Positions 10,580 to 19,800 of a stretch of DNA of 64,000 nucleotides are shown piece by piece. The notes below the pieces were generated by a model. That model saw nothing but the letters and a program-made list of their open reading frames with translations. It was not told the origin of the DNA and did no database searches. Made by a program: the position numbers and the translations under genes. Position 1 is the stretch's first letter. Every line of letters starts with the position of its first letter. Source of the stretch: an uncultured virus (IMG/VR IMGVR_UViG_3300037112_000155) (lineage: Duplodnaviria > Heunggongvirae > Uroviricota > Caudoviricetes); the IMG/VR virus record IMGVR_UViG_3300037112_000155, positions 1 through 64,000 of that record. One strand, 5' to 3'.

Positions 10580-11161
10580 TTAGGTGCCGGCGGGACAGAG
10601 GTCCTTATTCACCGGTGTACGAGGATGATTGAATACGAAGCTGACCTTCTTACCAAAGCCGTCGATCAAAACCGGGGCTCCGGTGTCCATGGCCTGTTGC
10701 TGGCTGCTCGTCAACGAGACCTCCAGCTGGTCGTTCTCCGCCAGCGCGCCATGCTGAAAGTAGGCGGCTTCGGAATCCCGCGGTACGATCGGCAGCGGCC
10801 TGCACTGAATGTGGCTCGTGTCGAAGCCGGGATCAAGGATCCCTGGGGTAACCGGATTGCCGGCGCCGTCGTAGACGCCGCCATTGTCCCCCAGCAGAGC
10901 GATCCAAACCAGGATGGCGTGCCCATCGGTCCAGTACACCGGATTGCGATAGGAGCCGTCTCCCTCATTGGCCGTCCCCTCGGTCCCATAGAGGACCAGG
11001 TGATCGGTTGCGGTGGTTGTAGCGCCGCCAGCCTGCAGGACGCGCCGCGGACACGCGGGTTGCCCATTGGGCCCAGCGGCCGTCAGCTGGTTCTTACAGG
11101 TCGAGCAGGGGCTGACAAGAGCAAGGCGGAGCGGATTGGCGGTACCGGAGGAAGGATTCAT
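10580..11161 (-). CDS. hypothetical Cys-containing protein (193 aa)
   Basis: ORF fills the gap; CxxC...C; ATG lies 9 nt after a TATACT promoter motif. Confidence 0.55.
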   Translation of the reverse strand: MNPSSGTANPLRLALVSPCSTCKNQLTAAGPNGQPACPRRVLQAGGATTTATDHLVLYGTEGTANEGDGSYRNPVYWTDGHAILVWIALLGDNGGVYDGAGNPVTPGILDPGFDTSHIQCRPLPIVPRDSEAAYFQHGALAENDQLEVSLTSSQQQAMDTGAPVLIDGFGKKVSFVFNHPRTPVNKDLCPAGT

Positions 11162-11162
11162 A

Positions 11163-11180
11163 AGCTATCTAGTATAGGAA
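11163..11180 (-). promoter_or_regulatory. phage promoter motif, copy 1 (TTCCTATACTAGATAGCT)
   Basis: AT-rich repeated motif with a TATACT core, intergenic, oriented with the genes. Confidence 0.75.
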
Positions 11181-11187
11181 TGCGTGG

Positions 11188-14100
11188 CTACTGAGCCAAA
11201 GCCGGTTGAAATGCCGCCGGAATCGGGTTGGAATACCCGCCTGCTTCGAGCCACAGGTCGTAAAGGGGGAAGATCTCGTCTGCCATGAACTGCATAGCCT
11301 CGTTGTTCATGATGCCCACCATGTCCTCGATGGCCCAGCCTTGGACGCCGCCGACCCAGGGCCGGCCGAGCTTCAGGCAGGGAGAGATCACCAGGGCATT
11401 GCTGTTCTGAGTGCCCTTGTTGACCATCCAGATGGATCCACCGATCGCAGCCACAGCGCACAGTGCGAGTACCGCCCAGCCGGGAGGGCTCGCCAGGAAG
11501 GCAACCGTTCCAGCCATTGCACCTTCAGCTGCGAGCGCGCCGGTGGCGGCGGTGCCGGCGGCCTCAGAGGCGGTCCCAACTGCCGTCGTAAAGCCCGTTA
11601 CGGTGCCCGGAGCGGTAGCGACGTCCAGCAGTCCTTCACTGGTAGCTTTGAGGGCATTCGAGACTACTCCCGATGCCGCCTTCTCACCCGCCCACTTCAG
11701 ACCTGCCCAGCCAACGCGGCCGACAACTGCAGCAGTTACTGCCTTGGTGCCAGCACCGGTCACTGCATACCTGGACAGACTGGTCAGACGGCGGAGTTCC
11801 GGCAGTGCGGCTCCGGCCATCATGCCCAACATGCGCAGGAAACCGGCGCTCGATGCTTCGTTGATGCAGACGACAGCCCGCGGCTTGATGATGGTGATGA
11901 AACCCATCTCAAGGTTCATGATCTGGGTCACAGTGTCGACTTCTACAGGTCCCTGCATGCCTGTCGCCGGGTCCATGATCATCAGGATGTCCATCGGCTC
12001 GATCTCGGGGATCCCGCGTAGGATGATCTCGCCCTTGTACATCTTGCCGACCTCTTCACGCAGGAAGCTCTGGCCGTAGACCTGGATCATCTGTTGGTTG
12101 GTGCCGATCAGGGCCTGGTCGATGACGTTCTGCTTCGGATCGTTGATGCGGTCCGTCACATCGAGCGCCCGCAGGTAGCTGGGCATGATGTTGGGATTGG
12201 CGCTCACGACATACTTCTTACCGCACTTCTCACCATCCCCAATCTTCACGCAGTTGTAGATCTTGTCGTTGAGCGACATGCCGTTGTGGACGATCGACTG
12301 GTCGTCGATGAAGTGGTAGCGGCGCACGGGCTTCATGCGATCTGAAGAAGCCAGATCCGAACCAGACATCTGGCTGGCGTAATAGGACTTCAGGATAGCG
12401 GCTGCGTCCTGCTGCAGGGCGCGCTGGAAGTCCCTCAGTCCTGGAATCTTTCCTACAACGCCCGGTGTCATTCCAACGACGGCATCTGACTGCAGAGCTG
12501 CCTGCAGACCGGCGGGGCTCTGCGCCGCCTGGTTTACCAGTCCAGTCATCACGTGAGATTCCAGCCATCCAACAGAACTGCCCAGCGGAATGCCAAGAAG
12601 ACTGAGGTGACCGGCACCGCCCAACAGATCTGTGAACATTTTCTTGCCCTGCGCGTCCCACCACAGCTTGTAAGCGTCGATGTTCTGATCGGCCGCGCGC
12701 TGTTTCTCCTGGTCGCCCAGCAGGGACGGCCGAGCGAAGTACCAATCGAAGGGATGACCGAAGACCAGGGTCGCATCGCAGCTGTACGGATAGCCGTACC
12801 ACTTCTCGAGCAGCAGGTACTCCGGATAACGCCGGGCCACGTCCTGAATCAGTTCCATGAGGGTCAGCTGCGTCGCTGAGTCCACGTAGTAGGAGAACGG
12901 CCGCAACGGGCTGCCCTGATCCAGATACTGGTGGGAGTTGGCGGCGTCCGTCGAGGTGCCATCGAAGTTGCCGGCCGAGTTGATCATGACGTTCTCATCC
13001 GTCCGATCGTAGTTCGACTGCAATGCGATGCCCACGTCTCCATGACCAACCCAACCCGCCGCGGTGCCGGCCACTTCGCCGGACAGTTCCTTCCAGCCAA
13101 ACCCCTTCAACATGTGGTTGCCGGTGGCATCGATCTGCCAATGCCCGAAGTGTTTCGCGCCCGAAGACTTGAGCATCTTCGAGATCACGGTGCCGGTATC
13201 GCCGGAGTCGCCGAAGAGAGTCAGGCCTCCATAGGCGGCGCCGCGGCCGATCGTTCCAATCCGGCCAAGGGTCAGGCAACTGAGTCCGCTCTCCAGCAGC
13301 GAACCAATGTGAATCCAGGAGTCAGTCTGCGCCTTGTCGCTCAGAGGTTCCGTCAACTCCAGCATGAAGCTTTGCGCTGTGATGGTGATGATCTCGTTGC
13401 CTTCCATCTCCGTCACAGTCCCGCAGAAGATGGGGAACAGCTTGTCGGGGTTGTTCGAGTAACCAACCCTCAGCTGGATCTTGGTGCCCGTCTGCAGCGG
13501 GAAATACTGCAGCGGAATGCGACGGTTCTTCATGTTGCCGCCGCGCGGGCCTTCGGTCATATCCGGGCCCATCAGCTGATAGGGTGTGCCCCCAATGCCT
13601 TCCTTACCTGCGGTGATCTTGCTAGTGACGTCTCCATTACGTCCACCCTGCAAAGCTTCAGCTCCTGAGATCTCAGTGGCGAAGCGATCGCGGTAGGATG
13701 CCCACTTCCCGGCGGTCGAGGCATCGTAGATCTTGTGGTTGAGCAGGTAGGCCAGGTTGGTGATCTTGATCTGCAGCGTGGCCGGGCGATTCCACGGCCG
13801 CTGCATCTCGAAGTCGAGCACCGAGGCATAGCTGAAGAAGTCGTCGAAGGCGTAATAGACGTTGTTGTTCTCGTCCTCCAGGAACATCAGCTTGAAGGTC
13901 GGGAACGCCTCGGCCATGTTGTAGCCGGGGATGTTGCACATCCGCATGACCGTATCCGCATTGCCGGGGATCGACTTGAGGCCTGCCGGCAGGTTGATCT
14001 GTCCTGCCTGATCTACGGGGAGGTTTGTCGGAGTCAGAGATGTCGTCGAGGAGATTGGGGCCACTGAATTCGGCAGCTGCTGGCTGTTGTCATTGCTGTT

Positions 14101-16884
14101 GGTCTGCGCCGCCGCCGACGCCGTCGACCTCATCACATCCAGCAGGGCGCCTTTCGCAAGTGTCTTGTACTGTTCGTTGTTGTTGACAAAGTACATGCCG
14201 GGGTTGAAGTCTTCGCCGTTCAACAGGATGGTGTTCAAACCCATATCCCGGTAGGCGCCGTGGTCGTTGGATCCTGGTGACGCCAGCGACGGGTCCCCGG
14301 AGGGCACTGCGCCCTTGACCTTGGCGGCCAGGGCTGGGCTGTTCATCACCTGGTTGAGAGCGGTGCGCAGTCCGGTGTCGCTCGCGGCAAAGTACGCGAA
14401 CAGCCGCTGATACGCATCCTGGACCATCGTCCGGCGGGTGTCGCCCTGGAAGGTTGAGTCGACGTGTTGAATACTGCCGCCCGGATTGACCGGCTTGTAG
14501 ACCTTCCAGGCCACGCTCTTGATCATCAGGTAGTCGGCCATCGTCCAGGTCTGGGCGTCGCCAGTCTGCTGGAGTTGCTTCACCCGGGCGAGTGCGACCG
14601 GATACTTCGACCAGTCCACTCCCGTCTGGTAGGTGATCTGGGCGGCGTCGACCTGGCTGATGGTGAAAGTGGGTGCACCTGCCATGTACGTGAACAGAGT
14701 CGACGACGGCTGAGCCGCGACTTCCATCAGGCGCGCGATCATCGCATTTTCATCTGCGTTATCTGCCTGGGTGCGGTAGTTCAAGATGGGCTTCAACGGT
14801 CCCTGGACATCGGAAGGTGCCTGCTGAATGGTATTGTCGGTCAGCACCAGGTCCTTCAACCCCTGGTTGTAGGCCTGGGAGATGCCGTTCAACTTGTAGG
14901 GCTCGATCTCTTCGAAGCGGTTCTCGTACTGGCTGGCCGTCAGCTGCGCCGTGACCAGGTCCGAGGACTCGGGCAATGTCTCGGTAGTGACCTGGTCAAG
15001 CATGAGGCCGTAGATGCCGAGCATGTTCAGGACCTGGTTCTCAACGTAGACTGCCTGCATCCGATGCAGGGAATTGGGCGTGCGCAGTTGCGTGCGCAGA
15101 CGCAGGTGCTGTTGTTCCATGAAGTGAGCCATGGAGGATAGCGACCTGAGGCCTTCGTGCACAGGTTCCTGGGTTTCGTCGGCGCGCTCGCCCTTGGACA
15201 TGAACGAGATCTGCACCAGCGAACTGCAGGGGCCAAGATGCTGATAGGTCGGATACTGATAACCGGACAGAGGGATCTGCGCCAGATTGTTCACCAGCAG
15301 AACCGAGAACTGGGTGGGCCAGATGCCGCCGGTGACATCCGCCGTAGACGAATCGAGCGGAGCCATCCTCACTTCGGCTTCCTTGTAGAAGAAGCAGATC
15401 CCGACGCCCGCGGTGTCCGACCGATGATCAAGACTCCAACCGTCGGCCGCCATCTCGGTAGCCTGGGCCTGGAACGCCTGTTCGGTCGCGGTGTCCGTCG
15501 CCGTCATTGGATTGCTGGTGGAAGTGGCGGGCGATGTGGCGCTGTTGGTCGCAGCGGCCGGTGCCACTTGTGCGGTCTGTGGCCGCTGGGAGCCTGGCTG
15601 AGGTGCTGTCTGCCCGGTGAATCCGAACTTCATCTGTGCATTGCGCAGGATGGTTGAAACGTACCGCTGCACAGCAGGATCCGGAGGAATTCCACCGGTC
15701 ACCAGCTTGTTCGGATTGATCACGTGCCCGTTGCTCTTGTCGGTCAAGGCCTTGCCGTCCCGATAAGCAACGATGGTGCCGGATCCCTGGTTGAAACCAG
15801 CAACGGCAAGCTCCCAGGTGCCCAGTTTCTTGAACAGATCGGCCAGGTACTGACAGCCACCTTGGGCGCTCTGCTGTGCATTGAAGCCGTCCGCCACGTT
15901 GAGGGACTGGCGCGTGCCTGCCAGCAACTGAAAGAGACCCTGTGCTGTCGATCCTGCATTGTGAGCAGTTGGGTTTCCAGCGCTTTCGGTGAGACAGACT
16001 GCACAGGCAATAGCCGGATCACAGTACCCTTTGACCGTAAGTGCCGTCTTCCGAATCAGAGCTTCGATATCCGGAGGCAGAGTTCCCTTGCTCGCTTTGC
16101 CGGCCGCGGCAGATGTCGCTGACGCTGGAGTGTAGGTGCTGGGCAGCACTGTCGTGCCCACCTGGGCGCCGCCAGGCATGACCATGGTTCCAAAGTCCGG
16201 CAGTTGACCGGTTGGAACCGGGTTGTAGATCCGGTACTTCAGGGCCATCTCGCCTGGATCCTGTGCCATCCACAGCGGTGCGATCGGGTCGCCGTCCCGC
16301 GCGGAGACGTGGTCCATATTGTTCGCGCGCCACATGGCGATGTAGTTCTTGAACTTGGTGCATTGATCGGCGCTGACTGGCTGTCCTTCGTCGCCCACAT
16401 AGTCGAAGGCCACAGAGTAGGGACCGAAGTTGAAGTAGGTCATCGTCAACGTGACCAGAAGGGTGTCCACGATATCGGGATGGGAATCAACGCGTAGCTG
16501 CCGCAACGCCATCCCCAGCCGGTGGGGATAAGCCATCAGCGGATCGTGAGGGGCCAGGACCTGGCGCAGGTGAGGTGACTCGACTTCGACAAAGGGAGCT
16601 GCCTTGAACATGGCGGCGACGTTCTGCAGATCATTCCACTGCTGGTACTTGGCTTCGGGTGTGGCGCCGCCCATCATGGCGGCCCAGCTCACGGTTACGT
16701 CCCAGCGAGCCTGACCGGTCTTGCGGAACATCTCGTTCATGCCGCGCAGAGTGGCCAGCTTGTCGTTGTTGACGACGCGCGAGGTCACGATGTTCTGAGG
16801 CGGGATCTGCAGCGTGACAAAGCCGATCCGGAAGTAGCCGGCAGACGAAGGGTCCGAGTTGCTGGTGGAGAAGGTAACACTCAT
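11188..16884 (-). CDS. giant baseplate hub protein with lytic transglycosylase (SLT) domain (1898 aa)
   Basis: SLT motifs TESAGNP, GLFQL and AGFNQG (about 15640-16070); hub-like C-terminus GEIILRGIPEIEPMD...VDTVTQ; hydrophobic C-terminal helices. Confidence 0.75.
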   Translation of the reverse strand: MSVTFSTSNSDPSSAGYFRIGFVTLQIPPQNIVTSRVVNNDKLATLRGMNEMFRKTGQARWDVTVSWAAMMGGATPEAKYQQWNDLQNVAAMFKAAPFVEVESPHLRQVLAPHDPLMAYPHRLGMALRQLRVDSHPDIVDTLLVTLTMTYFNFGPYSVAFDYVGDEGQPVSADQCTKFKNYIAMWRANNMDHVSARDGDPIAPLWMAQDPGEMALKYRIYNPVPTGQLPDFGTMVMPGGAQVGTTVLPSTYTPASATSAAAGKASKGTLPPDIEALIRKTALTVKGYCDPAIACAVCLTESAGNPTAHNAGSTAQGLFQLLAGTRQSLNVADGFNAQQSAQGGCQYLADLFKKLGTWELAVAGFNQGSGTIVAYRDGKALTDKSNGHVINPNKLVTGGIPPDPAVQRYVSTILRNAQMKFGFTGQTAPQPGSQRPQTAQVAPAAATNSATSPATSTSNPMTATDTATEQAFQAQATEMAADGWSLDHRSDTAGVGICFFYKEAEVRMAPLDSSTADVTGGIWPTQFSVLLVNNLAQIPLSGYQYPTYQHLGPCSSLVQISFMSKGERADETQEPVHEGLRSLSSMAHFMEQQHLRLRTQLRTPNSLHRMQAVYVENQVLNMLGIYGLMLDQVTTETLPESSDLVTAQLTASQYENRFEEIEPYKLNGISQAYNQGLKDLVLTDNTIQQAPSDVQGPLKPILNYRTQADNADENAMIARLMEVAAQPSSTLFTYMAGAPTFTISQVDAAQITYQTGVDWSKYPVALARVKQLQQTGDAQTWTMADYLMIKSVAWKVYKPVNPGGSIQHVDSTFQGDTRRTMVQDAYQRLFAYFAASDTGLRTALNQVMNSPALAAKVKGAVPSGDPSLASPGSNDHGAYRDMGLNTILLNGEDFNPGMYFVNNNEQYKTLAKGALLDVMRSTASAAAQTNSNDNSQQLPNSVAPISSTTSLTPTNLPVDQAGQINLPAGLKSIPGNADTVMRMCNIPGYNMAEAFPTFKLMFLEDENNNVYYAFDDFFSYASVLDFEMQRPWNRPATLQIKITNLAYLLNHKIYDASTAGKWASYRDRFATEISGAEALQGGRNGDVTSKITAGKEGIGGTPYQLMGPDMTEGPRGGNMKNRRIPLQYFPLQTGTKIQLRVGYSNNPDKLFPIFCGTVTEMEGNEIITITAQSFMLELTEPLSDKAQTDSWIHIGSLLESGLSCLTLGRIGTIGRGAAYGGLTLFGDSGDTGTVISKMLKSSGAKHFGHWQIDATGNHMLKGFGWKELSGEVAGTAAGWVGHGDVGIALQSNYDRTDENVMINSAGNFDGTSTDAANSHQYLDQGSPLRPFSYYVDSATQLTLMELIQDVARRYPEYLLLEKWYGYPYSCDATLVFGHPFDWYFARPSLLGDQEKQRAADQNIDAYKLWWDAQGKKMFTDLLGGAGHLSLLGIPLGSSVGWLESHVMTGLVNQAAQSPAGLQAALQSDAVVGMTPGVVGKIPGLRDFQRALQQDAAAILKSYYASQMSGSDLASSDRMKPVRRYHFIDDQSIVHNGMSLNDKIYNCVKIGDGEKCGKKYVVSANPNIMPSYLRALDVTDRINDPKQNVIDQALIGTNQQMIQVYGQSFLREEVGKMYKGEIILRGIPEIEPMDILMIMDPATGMQGPVEVDTVTQIMNLEMGFITIIKPRAVVCINEASSAGFLRMLGMMAGAALPELRRLTSLSRYAVTGAGTKAVTAAVVGRVGWAGLKWAGEKAASGVVSNALKATSEGLLDVATAPGTVTGFTTAVGTASEAAGTAATGALAAEGAMAGTVAFLASPPGWAVLALCAVAAIGGSIWMVNKGTQNSNALVISPCLKLGRPWVGGVQGWAIEDMVGIMNNEAMQFMADEIFPLYDLWLEAGGYSNPIPAAFQPALAQ

Positions 16885-16887
16885 GGT

Positions 16888-19800
16888 TTAGCTTTCGTTC
16901 ATCGCCTCGCGGACCTTGTCCCGGGTGCGGAGACTGTCCAGTCGAGTGGTGTCGCGGTAATTGATCGTGGTGCTGGAGTTCCCATCGCCGGAGGCAAGTC
17001 TTGCGGCAAGACGGGCAGCTTCGGCCGCTCGACTACGGTCGTCGGCCTTCACGTGGACTTCGAGCTGGGTCGCACGACCCATGGGGGCAACGACGGAAGT
17101 GCGTACACCCTGCCGAGCTGACCTCACCATACGCGGTGGGTTGGCAGGTGCCATCGCCCCAGGCTCAGGTTCTCCTGGAATGCGATCTTCGACTCCGATC
17201 CGTTCTTCCGGACGCTGGGCATTACCCGATGGAGGAGCCAAAGCCTGGCCCTCGCGCGGGCTGTGCAGAGACCCCAACAGCAGGCCTCCTGCGGCCGCGG
17301 CTGCCATGCCGATGCCCAGGACCTTACTGACGCCAGCTCCCCTAGCGGTCCGCATGACTTCTTCCGCAGACTGCCCGGCTGCATCGACCAACCCGCCCGC
17401 CGCCCGCCGTGCCTTCCCGGCAAACTGCGCCACCTTGTTGGCTTCGTTCTCAGCTCCCAGAACCGCAGCACTCAAATTGCTTGCGCTGCCTCGGTTGGCT
17501 GCCGCCTGGATCAGGGGAAGCATATCGTCGGTCATCCGGCCGGTGACGTTGCCGTAGAACTTCTCGGCATCAGCGGCGGACATGGTCCATAGCTTATGGG
17601 CATCTGCCTGTCGCGGGTCGAAGCTAGAGTGGACCCGTTCGAAGAGATCAGCCTTGTGCTCGAGCAAGCGCGCGTAGGGATTGATTTGACTGCCAGCTTC
17701 CAGCTCTGCCTGGGTGGCAAGGCCCATTCCAACGTGTTCATCGTTGATGTCGACATCCTTGCCGAACTTCTCAGCGCCTTCCATGAGGGCCTTCATAAAG
17801 CCCTGTTGGCCATTGGCAGACCGATCTGCAAGGGAACCACGCAGCTTGTTGTTCCAGGCCATAAGCTGGGTGTAGTCCCCGACCGCGTCCCCCTTCTTCA
17901 ACTTCTGGGCGGCAATCGAGGATTGCTTGACGATATCGAACAGGGTCTGGTGGGCAAGTAGACGCTCGGCAGGCATGCGGATCGAATTGCTGTGCGCGAT
18001 CGTGGTCTCCATCAGCTCAAAGGTGTTCGACAGCATGCCGACGTCGGCGCCGGCGGTGCGAGCCATCAGGGCGCGGCGGACATCAACTCCTGCGAAGGTG
18101 GCAAACCCGTTGCGCCGCCGGGCGCCTTCACCTGCTTCGGCGAACCAGTCCTTGAAGGAAACGGGCCCCTCATCACCATTGAAGATTCGGTTGAACTTGA
18201 CCTGACTGCTTTGCAGGCTCTGAGATCCGTGAACTTCATTCTTCATGAAGTTGGCGAAACCTTCTTTGGTGAAGTGGTCCCCGTTGATCAGATGGGCTGA
18301 CATACGATCGCCGTCGGTGTCGCCCTTATCGATCAACTGCAGCAGAGGATCCACTCCAATGTCCCAGGTGTTGTCCAGCCGCGGGTCGTACTTCATCACC
18401 GTGATGGCCGGAGCGTTGATCGGGTGACGCAGGAGCAGAGATGCTCGGCTACCACCGCGGCGCAGAGCGGCTGCATCGTCGGCGGCCATCAGATCCAGAT
18501 AACGGTTGCCCACTCCGATCTCGTAGGGGTTTACGGAACCATCCGCGTAGCGCAGAGACGAAGCGCGCGAGGCGGCGCGTCCTTCCATGCCCAGAGGGTC
18601 AACGGACGACGGGCGCCACACACTCTCCTTGCCCATCCCCACCTTCTGTTTCACGGTGTCGGTGTAAGTCTTGAGTTTCGCTTCGAAGGGTTCCTTGTCG
18701 CCGCCGGCAGCCTGCAGCACATCTTTGAACTGGCCCTCCCACGTGTTGGCCGAGTAACCGTCGGTGCCGTATGCGTTTGCTCCGCCTCCAAAGGCTTCTC
18801 GCCCCAGGGCAGGGATGTAATAGTCCTTGCCTTCCACATTGGCCAGGACGGAGTAGTTCTTCTGGGCAAGCGGATTCTTTGGGTCGAAGATCGTACCCGA
18901 GCGCCCAGCGGCGGTGCCCAGGCGCAGGTCGGAACCTCCCATTGCATCAGCGAGCGAAACGGTGGTATCACCAAACTGACCGGAGAAGTCCTGGCCGTCC
19001 TTCTCGATGTGCTTGAGGAAGTCCTGGGTCATACCCGGGAGTCCGTCGGTCTGCAGGCGGCCGTTGATCTCTTTGGCAACCTCGTGGTAGCCCATAATGT
19101 TCAACTGCTGCAGTGCGTCGCGCGTGATCCGAACCTCACCGGCGTGGTTCAGGGCCATGTGATCGGATACGCTGAGAGATTCGGGCATGCCGAAGCGGGT
19201 CTTGTAGTCGGTATAAGACCCGTTGGAGTTCTTCATGGACCAGTCAATGTAGCCGCGCATGGATGCGTCCAGCTTGATTTGCTCGGCCTTGATGGCCGCG
19301 CCGGTCTGTTCCATCAAGCCGTGCATAATCTCGGCCACAGCGGAGTAGTTCGCAGGAGCATGCTCCATGCTCAGGAACTTCGACGAGTCGCTGAGCAGTC
19401 CGCCGTTCTCAAACGAATAGCCGTAGGGCGACAGCTGCTTGAGGCCGGCATTGAGAAAGTCGGGCAGCTCACCGTTTGCCTGCTGGACATCGCCCAGCGT
19501 GGCGCCCAGCATGTTCTCCATGATGGAGAGCGGGTTCTTGGCCTTGGCCGAGTTGGAACCCTCCAGGGTGAAGGCGGCTACTCGCTCATCGACCACACCA
19601 CCGCTGCCGGTCGCCTGATGCCACGCATTCGTACCGCGGCGCACGCGGTCCAGGGTCAGGTCGTTGAGCCCGAGCACAGTCGTCTGCTTGGTGTAGCCGT
19701 GCGTCTTCAGGCCTTGGCTGCCCAGGTTCTCTTCGATCTGGAAGGTCATTGACCCGTCTTCGTTGAAGGTGCTCGAGTGCGAGACGATCTTGTTGCGCTC

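Noticed and set aside
11166..11178. Promoter motif as an N4-type hairpin promoter (CTAT-N5-ATAG)
   Set aside because: The 4-bp stem is broken in the two AGACAG copies, so a hairpin is not conserved
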